Origin: an uncultured Candidatus Saccharibacteria bacterium
GTDB taxonomy: Bacteria; Patescibacteriota; Dojkabacteria; J137
DNA length: 64,000 nucleotides
Assembly (NCBI GenBank): GCA_964607415.1
Contig: CAZSKK010000001.1
Location: 333,469 to 397,468 of the forward strand
Direction of reading: 5' to 3'
The notes beneath the pieces are model-generated. The model saw only the letters and a program-made list of their open reading frames with translations. It was not told the DNA's origin and did not search any database. This document shows, one piece after another, positions 45,477 through 53,667 of this stretch. Position 1 is the stretch's first letter; every line of letters starts with the position of its first letter. The position numbers and the translations under genes were made by a program.

Positions 45477-48400
45477 TTATTCTGGATAATTTGTAGCCTC
45501 AACTGGACTCAATCTTGATGCCTTTATTGAAGGCAGTAGAGAGAATAAGATTGATGCTATATAAACCAGGAACGAAATTATAAATATTTCTACCCAAGGT
45601 ATTACAAGAGTTATTTGCTCAGCATTATCCTGGCTAACTTTTACAGCTGTGTACGCTCCTAAAATTCCCATCGAAAGCCCAATGGCGATTGCTAAAACTG
45701 TTATAAATGTTGCTTCTATAAAAAAGCTTAGAAGCACCATATTTCTTTGAAATCCCAGGCTTCTTAACATACCTATTTGTTGCTTTCTTTCATTTACAGA
45801 TCTAACCATTATGATAGCCAGACCAGATGTTCCAACAATTAAACTGAAAGCTAGAAACCCTTGTAACATAGCTATAATGTTATTTATGAATAGCTGAGTA
45901 ACGCCGAGAATTTCATCTACAGAAAAAATATAAATAATACTATAATTTGCTGTAGCTTTTCTTAGATCCTTTGATACCACTTTACTATCTTTCCCATCTT
46001 CTATTTTTGTTAAAACAGAAAAATTAGAATAAGTATCAACATAACTAGTATCAAACATCAACTCTAGGTTCTCTTTTGTTGTAATAATATTTGAGTAAAA
46101 ATCAAAAGAAGCGATTCCTTGAACAGCTGGTTTTACCATTCCTATCACTTCCTTTTCCTTGACCTCATTATTAAATAGATCTGCTACTTTGATCTTATCA
46201 CCAACTTTTATAGATGGTCTTCTTCCATATCCTTGGGCTACAAACCCACTTCCTAAAACTACCTTAGATGGATCTTCTATTACAGCCTGCCAAACTTCCT
46301 GCTTACTTTCATAATCCTGCGAAAACTCTTCTAGATCAATGTTCTGGTTTTTAATAAAATCAGATGGAAGAGCATCTACTGTTGTTTGAAAATAATCCTC
46401 ATCCTCGAAAACAGGTAAAAGTGTTGGGTCACCAAAGTAAGGTTGTTCTGGTAAATCTTTGTATTTAAAATCAGGCATTATAACCGCAGTATTTGTAATT
46501 GAGGTCACATCTTTTATTCCATCTACTTCGTCCGCAGCTTCACTTATTGATTTAACATCTTCGCTGGAGTTAAATTGATCTGGAAAGATTATTATTTCAT
46601 ATCCACCCAAGGCTTTCCTGAATAAATCACCGGTTTGTTGATTAGCAATTGCTTTGTTAATACTAATATACCCAATTAAGAATATTATTACAGCAAACAT
46701 AACAAGAGTTAATCCTGTTCTACCTACATTTTCAGCAGGATACCTAAACGCTGTAAGGAATACAGGTTTTTGTTTTCTAAACGGTTTTGTAAAAATATTT
46801 ATGAATGAAACAATAAGATTAAGATTATAAGTTACTATTAAAGCTAAACTCAAAACAAGAACCAAACCTGAAATAAAAAATAGTGCAACGCCTGATTCCT
46901 CATTCAAAGCTTTAGAGATAGCTTCAATTTCAACCATAAAATACGAAAAAATTATTAATACGCTACCAGCAATAGTAACAACAGGCTTTGAAATGTCTTT
47001 TTTTGCAAGCTTGGCAAATCTGATTAGTAAAAAGCTTGCCAGTAAAACTGAAAGCGTAACACCTAAATATAATGAATATGCTGTAACCATATTTACAGTT
47101 TGGTCAAACTGTTTATCTGTCATTGTTGTAAACGGATTATTCTTTATATTTTGTTCGATTGCCTGCTCTCTACTTTGTTCAAGAAAATCTTTTGCAATAA
47201 AAGCAAATCCAAGTGTTGATACTGCGTTACACAAAACCAGGAACATTAATATAGTTGTAACAATCCACTTGAAGTTTATTTTCGATTCTTTATATTCTTC
47301 AGTATCCCTAATTGCCGAAACAATATTTAATTTACTTATTCTGAAACTAGTAAATAATGTTGTAATAATTGTAATTAAAGCACCGGCTGCAAATGCAATT
47401 ATCATGCTCGAAGGCTGCACATCAAAAGAAAGTCCAAATCCATTGCCTCCACCTTGTTGATCAAACAATTGTCTGATCAGGTTTGATAAAATAAACACAA
47501 GTCCGTACCCAAGACCCAAACCAACAAAACTACCCACCAGTGCCGCAATAACAGAGTAGAAATAACCTTCATATACAAATGTTTGAGCCAGTTTGAACCT
47601 TGTTAATGCGATAGCTCTCAAAATTCCCATCTCAGATTTTCTTTCAGAAGCAAGCATGGAGTAAAGATTCACAATTAAAAGAATTCCTGAAAATATTCCA
47701 AACATACTTAGCACTAAAAATATATCAGCCAAGAATCCTGCGCCAAATCCATCCAATGCATTTTGCTTTTGTTCTGTGCTAATAGGCTTAACACTTTCAG
47801 ATTTAAAGTTTTCTAAAAGAGAATCTACATGCTTTTTGAAATCCTCACCATCATAATTTTCAGGAATTACTCCGCCTTTGGATGATACATATACATAATT
47901 AAATGTATTATCAGGAATTCCAAGCTCATTCCATAAATAATGAGCGTCTACAACGATAGTATTACCGCCAAACAATCCCTTATCTTCTGATATTTTCTCA
48001 ACTTCAAAAACAACAGGTTGATTGAATACTTTTACACTTACCATATCCCCAATATTTAGCTCCAGCAAATCTGCCGCATTTTTGGACACTATAATTCCGT
48101 TATCTGACTTCAAATCTTCTAAGACCTGTGGATTTTGACCAAAGGATTTTAGATCTTCAAAATTATATCCTGTTAGTTGGATTTGATATGCGTTTATGAT
48201 AGTGTTCCCATTTTGGTCAATTTTTTGAGGAGAGGAATAAAAGAATAAAACAGGCAGTACACCATCAATCTGTTCGTCATTTAAAGTTTTCTTAAGTTCT
48301 CCAACTTCTTTTTGGTTGACAGTAGCAACTCCTAAAGGACTAGGAGCAATTTCCTTAAAATTCAAGTATACATCTATTTCGCCAATTTGGTCTTCAACAA

Positions 48401-48650
48401 GATTGACAAAAGTTTTATCTAATGAATCACCCAAAACCAAAGAGCCAGAAATCAATGCTGTTCCTACCATTGAGCCAATAATTACAAGAACTGTATTTCC
48501 TATTCTTCTTTTTACATTTCTTAATCCTATTTTCCTTGGAACTTTGCTGAAAAATGCCGAAACAAGAATAATTACTGAAAGAGTAACAAAAGTTGCGAGT
48601 AAAAATATTGATATTGATGACATAGTATGTGGATGTAAAATTAAGCGCAA
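45477..48650 (-). CDS. Large FtsX/MacB-type ABC transporter permease with two tandem FtsX (4-TM) modules and two extracytoplasmic domains
   Basis: 1057 aa. Two hydrophobic 4-TM clusters are each preceded by a ~250-aa hydrophilic domain. It is adjacent to the MacB-type ATPase. Confidence 0.65.
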   Translation of the reverse strand: MRLILHPHTMSSISIFLLATFVTLSVIILVSAFFSKVPRKIGLRNVKRRIGNTVLVIIGSMVGTALISGSLVLGDSLDKTFVNLVEDQIGEIDVYLNFKEIAPSPLGVATVNQKEVGELKKTLNDEQIDGVLPVLFFYSSPQKIDQNGNTIINAYQIQLTGYNFEDLKSFGQNPQVLEDLKSDNGIIVSKNAADLLELNIGDMVSVKVFNQPVVFEVEKISEDKGLFGGNTIVVDAHYLWNELGIPDNTFNYVYVSSKGGVIPENYDGEDFKKHVDSLLENFKSESVKPISTEQKQNALDGFGAGFLADIFLVLSMFGIFSGILLIVNLYSMLASERKSEMGILRAIALTRFKLAQTFVYEGYFYSVIAALVGSFVGLGLGYGLVFILSNLIRQLFDQQGGGNGFGLSFDVQPSSMIIAFAAGALITIITTLFTSFRISKLNIVSAIRDTEEYKESKINFKWIVTTILMFLVLCNAVSTLGFAFIAKDFLEQSREQAIEQNIKNNPFTTMTDKQFDQTVNMVTAYSLYLGVTLSVLLASFLLIRFAKLAKKDISKPVVTIAGSVLIIFSYFMVEIEAISKALNEESGVALFFISGLVLVLSLALIVTYNLNLIVSFINIFTKPFRKQKPVFLTAFRYPAENVGRTGLTLVMFAVIIFLIGYISINKAIANQQTGDLFRKALGGYEIIIFPDQFNSSEDVKSISEAADEVDGIKDVTSITNTAVIMPDFKYKDLPEQPYFGDPTLLPVFEDEDYFQTTVDALPSDFIKNQNIDLEEFSQDYESKQEVWQAVIEDPSKVVLGSGFVAQGYGRRPSIKVGDKIKVADLFNNEVKEKEVIGMVKPAVQGIASFDFYSNIITTKENLELMFDTSYVDTYSNFSVLTKIEDGKDSKVVSKDLRKATANYSIIYIFSVDEILGVTQLFINNIIAMLQGFLAFSLIVGTSGLAIIMVRSVNERKQQIGMLRSLGFQRNMVLLSFFIEATFITVLAIAIGLSMGILGAYTAVKVSQDNAEQITLVIPWVEIFIISFLVYIASILFSLLPSIKASRLSPVEATNYPE

Positions 48651-48731
48651 ATTTAATTTTACTCTCCAAAATACTAAAAGGCAAATTTATCGATAAATTA
48701 AACTCCAATAGCGTTCTGATTGATATAAAGT

Positions 48732-49565
48732 TTACGATTCACGGTTATAAGTGTTATTTAGACTGTCTATAAGTTTTTTATATGCCGTTTTTTCAGCTTT
48801 ATTATTAAAGTTTACGCTTTGAGTAGGCTCAAAATACATTATGCCGCTAGGTAATCTTGTTCCGATAATATCAAACTTAAATCCATCCTCATTGTAGGAT
48901 TGCTGGTACCCATTAGCTTGCTTATTTAGAATTTTTTGATTCTCTGCAACGCGAAACGCATTATTGGCATCCTTAAGTTTACTTGCTATTTCCGAATCCT
49001 CAACAATCATCAAGCTTTCTAGCGCTAAAGGTAAATTTGAAATAACACCATTTGTGTCAGTTATTCTAGGAAGAATTCCTTGAGTAGTTTTACTTGCGCC
49101 ATAAACTAAAGCTGTTTCTGTTATATCACTACCCTTTCTTTTAAAAACAACAACAATATCTTTTTCTAAAGAAGTAAATTGTTCATGTACAGTTCCTACT
49201 TCAAGGCTCGTCAAAATACCTCCTTTGTTGTACTGTCCTTCTAGAGCTTCTCTAGAATTTTTAGGCACTAGTGATCTTATAGCTAAAGCTATTTGCCTTG
49301 GTGTATGTGTGCTAAGCTCGTAAACAGCTTTTGGGTAAACAACTCTCCCTCTTGACAGCTCCACACCAGCAACTTCCGCATGTGTTTCATAGTTCCTATC
49401 TATTGATTTACTGCCATTACCTCTTTTATTCACAAAATCAACCTCTTTGCCATTATTAGCTTGGCTCCAGTATAAGTTTTGCGGGTTTAATGGAGATTCG
49501 TGCTCTTGAATATAACCATATACATCATCACCTTTTTTCATAGTATCTAATTGTAACGAATCCAT
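48732..49565 (-). CDS. Hypothetical soluble protein
   Basis: 277-aa ORF with no motif. Confidence 0.35.
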   Translation of the reverse strand: MDSLQLDTMKKGDDVYGYIQEHESPLNPQNLYWSQANNGKEVDFVNKRGNGSKSIDRNYETHAEVAGVELSRGRVVYPKAVYELSTHTPRQIALAIRSLVPKNSREALEGQYNKGGILTSLEVGTVHEQFTSLEKDIVVVFKRKGSDITETALVYGASKTTQGILPRITDTNGVISNLPLALESLMIVEDSEIASKLKDANNAFRVAENQKILNKQANGYQQSYNEDGFKFDIIGTRLPSGIMYFEPTQSVNFNNKAEKTAYKKLIDSLNNTYNRES

Positions 49566-49757
49566 ATAAACTTAATGTTAACATCTAAAATTTCCGAATT
49601 TTAGCACCCTGTATTATATGTAGCAAGAAAATCTTAAATACTGATTTAATATTAAAATTGTATACATTGACTTGAAAACTCATTGAGCTGTAAGATGTTT
49701 AGTAGCGTTAGACGTTAGAAGTTTGACGTAGGACGAAGAACAAGCATTAGCTTGCTG

Positions 49758-49820
49758 ATTTGTTAATTAGTAAAAGGTTAATTAGTGCCTAACCAATTAA
49801 CCGGCCACAAGTTAACTAAA
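49758..49820. promoter_or_regulatory. Conserved AT-rich operator-like motif, copy 1 (GTTAATTAG direct repeats plus TTAACCAATTAACC)
   Basis: tttgttaattagtaaaaggttaattagtgcctaaccaattaaccggccacaagttaactaaa, upstream of the gene at 49908 and closely matching 55714..55825. Confidence 0.45.
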
Positions 49821-49907
49821 TAGGCTTAGTATTTCAAATTTTATTAAGTTATATTCCGGACTAAATCCGAAATGACGCTACAATGCTTAAATCATTAACA
49901 TTCTACT

Positions 49908-51587
49908 GTGGCAAAAAAACGTAGACGAAAAAAGAAAACTAACTATTTTAGATATATAATTCTAATAGCATTAACTATTGGTGTTTATTTTGGCTATTCT
50001 AAATACATGGAATCAAAAGCTTTTGCAGATTTTCCATCTTCTTTAACAACGAAATCAAATTCTACTCACTGGTGGAATGATAACTACGCTTATAGAAGAG
50101 AAATTAATTCGACAAATCAAAATAGTTTAAAATATTTTGTATTAAATCATGGAGAGCTAGTAATTAATTCAAAATCAAACGAAGATGGATCAGATTTAAT
50201 TCTTGTTTCTCAAGATAATTCAAATAAGTCAACAGAACTTCCATTTGAAATCAGGAATATTGATGAAATTAATGTTGAAATAGGATTTGATTCTTCAAGC
50301 TTAATATCTCAAAAAGTCTTTTTGTATTACGGAAATAAAATGCCTGAGAAAAATAATGTATTAGGCACTTTTTCTATACTGGACAATGCAGAAGAAGTTT
50401 CAATCGGCATTGAGGAATCACCTGTTGTTACAATAATACCTTCACATTCGTGGGTTTTAAAAGAAAATTCCGGTACCAAACTAGACTTAATGCTTAATTA
50501 CGATCAATCAATAGGAAACTACTTCGAAGCTTCTTATGTTATAGATCAAAACGAACCTGTAAAAGTGAAATCGTCAGGTAAAAACCTGGAAGTAAATCTT
50601 TCGAATATAGCTATTGGCAAGCACAGTCTTTTCTTGCTCATTAAAGATAAGGATACAAAATATAGAACAAACACCATTGATATTATCATTTCTGCTCCAG
50701 TTTATGTTGCCTGGACACTTGATTGGGAAGGAATTGATCCAACCCCTGAAAACCTTGCGGACCTGGAGAAAGTTGCTAATGAACACAAAATACCATTAAT
50801 ACATTACTTTAATCCTCGTGTTCTTATTCACACCGCAATTACAAAACAAAGAAAGCAAGATATTGTAAACTGGTTGAAAAAAAGAATTCAAAATGGGGAC
50901 GAATTTGGCATGCATATGCATATGCATCATGACATGGTTGAATTTGCAGGAATAAAACCCAGAGAAACTGCTCCTACTTGGGATGGTGGCACAAAAGGAT
51001 ACGATACACCAACCAGTGAGTATCCATATGCTGAATTTTTAAAACTTGTAAACTGGGCAAAAAGCATGTTCAGTCAATACAACCTGCCTGCACCCGTAGG
51101 CTATAGAGCTGGCGGTTGGTTTGCGGACACAGATACTCTTAAAGCTTTGGAAGATGCTGGCTTTAAATACGACAGTTCTGGTAGAAAACCTTTTGCACTA
51201 GGATCAACTGGTATTCAACAAGCGTGGACTTTAGATATAACAACACAACCTTATTATCCGTCTTACACCAATCAGAATAATCAGGGTGCAACCGATCCTA
51301 TGAAACTTCTTGAAATTCCAAACAACGGAATGGATTCTTATTGGTCCGAAACTCAACAGTTAATAGATAACTTTTATGCAAACTATGTCCCTGGAACCTT
51401 TTTAAATGAAGATATTGTGATTGTGTATTTGACCCATCCGGAATGGTTTAATTCTGTAGATAAGCCTAAGGTTAAACAACTATTTAACGAATTAGATAAA
51501 TACTCCTACGAAAAGAATAAAGGACCGGTGAAGTATGTGACGCTTGAGAACTACATGAAAGAATCCGTAAGATTGAACGAAAAATAG
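49908..51587 (+). CDS. Hypothetical N-terminally anchored exported protein; possible divergent polysaccharide deacetylase (CE4)-like C-terminal domain
   Basis: N-terminal TM YIILIALTIGVYFGY. The C-terminal domain has WTLDWEG (compare the NodB TFDDG motif), a His cluster HMHMHMHHD and YRAGGW. Confidence 0.3.
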   Translation: MAKKRRRKKKTNYFRYIILIALTIGVYFGYSKYMESKAFADFPSSLTTKSNSTHWWNDNYAYRREINSTNQNSLKYFVLNHGELVINSKSNEDGSDLILVSQDNSNKSTELPFEIRNIDEINVEIGFDSSSLISQKVFLYYGNKMPEKNNVLGTFSILDNAEEVSIGIEESPVVTIIPSHSWVLKENSGTKLDLMLNYDQSIGNYFEASYVIDQNEPVKVKSSGKNLEVNLSNIAIGKHSLFLLIKDKDTKYRTNTIDIIISAPVYVAWTLDWEGIDPTPENLADLEKVANEHKIPLIHYFNPRVLIHTAITKQRKQDIVNWLKKRIQNGDEFGMHMHMHHDMVEFAGIKPRETAPTWDGGTKGYDTPTSEYPYAEFLKLVNWAKSMFSQYNLPAPVGYRAGGWFADTDTLKALEDAGFKYDSSGRKPFALGSTGIQQAWTLDITTQPYYPSYTNQNNQGATDPMKLLEIPNNGMDSYWSETQQLIDNFYANYVPGTFLNEDIVIVYLTHPEWFNSVDKPKVKQLFNELDKYSYEKNKGPVKYVTLENYMKESVRLNEK

Positions 51588-51665
51588 CCTCACCCAATTC
51601 CGACTAATCGGAATTTCCCTCTCCATCTGGAGAGGGCGGCGAAGCCGGGTGAGACTATTTAGTAT
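51588..51665. terminator. GC-rich palindromic element between convergent genes (49908 gene and asnS); bidirectional terminator candidate
   Basis: gcctcacccaattccgactaatcggaatttccctctccatctggagagggcggcgaagccgggtgag. It has nested inverted repeats (ctcaccc/gggtgag, aattccga/tcggaatt, ccctctcca/tggagaggg). Confidence 0.5.
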
Positions 51666-52958
51666 TTATGGTCTTGTTAAAACTGTCGTTCTTGGGAACG
51701 CAATAGTCTCTCTAATATGGTGAACTCCACTTACCCACCTAACCATTCTTTCTAGTCCTAAACCAAAGCCACTGTGAACCACAGACCCATACTTTCTAAT
51801 GTTTAAGTACCACTCATAATCTGATACTGGATAGTTTCTCGCTTTCAGTTCCGCAAGCAGTTTGTCATAATCTTCTTCTCTTTGGCTCCCACCAATAATT
51901 TCTCGAGCTTCTTCTGGAGCAATTAAGTCCGCATTTCTTGCTCTAACCATTCCTTTATCATCTGTATATTTTTTCATGTAAAATGCTTTAACAGCAAATG
52001 GATAATCTTCAATAAATACTGGAACTCCAAAGTGATTTCCTATTTCGATTTCCTCCTCTGTGGTCATGTCGTCGTTATAATCAACCTTAAATCCTTTTTC
52101 TTCCATTAGCTTTTTAGCATCATAATGCTTCATTCTAACAAAAGGAGTGTTTACTGTTTTTTCCAGTACAGTTGTATCTCTTTCCAAAATTTCTAATTCA
52201 ACTTTACAGTTTTCAATACAATCTTTAAGAATCCTTTTTACCATTGCTTCTTGAACATCTTCATTCATTGATTGATCATGAAATGCCATTTCAGCATCCA
52301 TCATCCAAAATTCCGATAAATGATTTCTGGTCTTACTTTTTTCTGCTCTAAAAACGGGGCCAAAATCGTAAACTTTTCCAAAACTCATAATCGCAGCCTC
52401 ACTATAAAGCTGACCTGATTGAGTTAAATACATTTGATCTTCATAGTACTTTAGTGAAAATAGTTGAGTTGTATCCTCACAACTTGTTGGTTGCAAAATT
52501 GGAGTATCAAATCTAATAAAACCTTGCTCGTGATAAAAGTTTGTAATAGATCTAAAAACCTGATCTCTGATTCTTAAAACAGCCCAAGGAGTTTTTGATC
52601 TTAAATACAAATCCCTGTTTTCAAATAAAAATTCTGGCCCATGTTCTTTTTTACCAATTGGGAAATCTTCTGATTTTCCAATAAGTTTAACTTCTGAAAC
52701 TTGAATTTCATATTCTTCTTTTTTAGGATGTTTAGAGATTGTGCCATTAATTTCAACTGATGATTCTAAACCTAGTTCTTCAGCATACTTCCAAGTCTCT
52801 TCTGAAACTTTATCTTTTTCTACAACCGCTTGAATAAATCCTGACCCATCACGTAACTGCAAGAATGCTATTTTCCCAGAGGATCTTTTATTGTACATCC
52901 AGCCTTTAAAGATGATTGATCTATCTACGAACTCTTTTGCTTTTGAAATTGTGAACAT
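51666..52958 (-). CDS. asnS: Asparaginyl-tRNA synthetase
   Basis: 430 aa, class IIb. Motif 2 is FRAEKSKTRNHLSEFWMMDAEMAF (EFWM is AsnRS-like). Motif 3 is GGSQREEDYDKL...YGSVVHSGFGLGLERMV...AFPRT (GSVxHSGFG and the FPRT end are AsnRS-like). Confidence 0.75.
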   Translation of the reverse strand: MFTISKAKEFVDRSIIFKGWMYNKRSSGKIAFLQLRDGSGFIQAVVEKDKVSEETWKYAEELGLESSVEINGTISKHPKKEEYEIQVSEVKLIGKSEDFPIGKKEHGPEFLFENRDLYLRSKTPWAVLRIRDQVFRSITNFYHEQGFIRFDTPILQPTSCEDTTQLFSLKYYEDQMYLTQSGQLYSEAAIMSFGKVYDFGPVFRAEKSKTRNHLSEFWMMDAEMAFHDQSMNEDVQEAMVKRILKDCIENCKVELEILERDTTVLEKTVNTPFVRMKHYDAKKLMEEKGFKVDYNDDMTTEEEIEIGNHFGVPVFIEDYPFAVKAFYMKKYTDDKGMVRARNADLIAPEEAREIIGGSQREEDYDKLLAELKARNYPVSDYEWYLNIRKYGSVVHSGFGLGLERMVRWVSGVHHIRETIAFPRTTVLTRP

Positions 52959-53207
52959 ATATTTTAAGATATAAGTAATAAGTTATGAGTAACTAGTTTT
53001 ATTTTTAGCTAATAGCTTATAGCTAATAGTTAAACCATTTACTTCCCCTGAGAATGCATATTATGCATTCGAATGTAGCTAACTTAGCTCCACTCAACAG
53101 CACAATGTGCTGTTTCGGGATGAGGTATAAGATAAATAAGCTGTTAAAACTTTCTGCTCAGCTAGGATTCCCTTCGACAGGCTCAGGGTAAACTCCAAAG
53201 TAATAAT

Positions 53208-53290
53208 CTGGCATGGTAGGACTCGAACCCCAAACAGTATATTATACTGTTTGGCAAAACATAAGTTCTATATTAATTTGAACTTATGTA
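53208..53290 (-). other. tRNA 3'-end-like fragment (GGGGTTCGAGTCCTACCATGCCAG) preceded by two perfect 10-11 bp hairpins; a second tRNA-Asn 3'-end-like fragment lies at 53140..53180
   Basis: The minus strand reads ACATAAGTTC-aaattaatata-GAACTTATGT TTTG CCAAACAGTAT-aata-ATACTGTTTGG GGTTCGAGTCCTACCATGCCAG, which resembles the tRNA-Asn T-arm/acceptor (CTAGGTTCGAATCCTAGCTGACCAG). At 53148..53162 the plus strand reads gctcagctaggattc, compared with ggtcagctaggattc in the tRNA itself. No complete cloverleaf can be drawn. Confidence 0.3.
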
Positions 53291-53298
53291 AACAGAAA

Positions 53299-53370
53299 CT
53301 GGTCAGCTAGGATTCGAACCTAGAGTCTTCCCGTTAACAGCGGGATGCAATACCATTATGCTACTGACCA
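53299..53370 (-). tRNA. tRNA-Asn (anticodon GUU)
   Basis: Reverse complement: TGGTCAG-TA-GCAT-AATGGTAT-TGC-AT-CCCG-CUGUUAA-CGGGA-AGACT-CTAGG-TTCGAAT-CCTAG-CTGACCA-G. The acceptor is a perfect 7 bp. The anticodon loop is C-U-GUU-A-A. The T-loop is GGTTCGAATCC, the discriminator is G, and CCA is not encoded. Confidence 0.85.
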
Positions 53371-53379
53371 TTATAGCTT

Positions 53380-53412
53380 TTGTGTCACTCTGAGGGAAAT
53401 CGAAGAGTGACA
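53380..53412. other. Perfect 10-bp hairpin immediately upstream (5') of tRNA-Asn
   Basis: gtgtcactct-gagggaaatcgaa-gagtgacac. Confidence 0.4.
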
Positions 53413-53470
53413 CACTTAAAACCATACGTCATAGTTCAATTTCCTCCACTACGACATTGTATAAAAACAA

Positions 53471-53500
53471 AAAAACTCCTTTTTCCCAGGAGTTTTATTA
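53471..53500. terminator. Intrinsic terminator hairpin with T-tracts on both strands, downstream of aspS
   Basis: aaaactcct-ttttccc-aggagtttt. On the minus strand it is followed by tttgttttt. Confidence 0.5.
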
Positions 53501-53667
53501 TTCTTAACAACAATAAAAGCTCCGGTTTAGGAGTTGTTATTATTATTGTTATTATTAGCTTTCTTGAACATAAATAAATTATACCAATGAGTTAATCAAA
53601 TAACAAGACTACTGTCCTTCCGAAGCAACCTATGCATGTAAATGAATACAGAATGACACCGCGGAAT

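Noticed and set aside
53100-53300. Possible tmRNA (ssrA) or a second complete tRNA downstream of tRNA-Asn
   Set aside because: A T-arm-like segment exists, but no matching 5' acceptor strand, D-arm or anticodon arm can be drawn. The adjacent hairpins are too long for tRNA arms. No tmRNA tag reading frame or pseudoknots are evident. It is treated as a decayed tRNA 3'-end copy.
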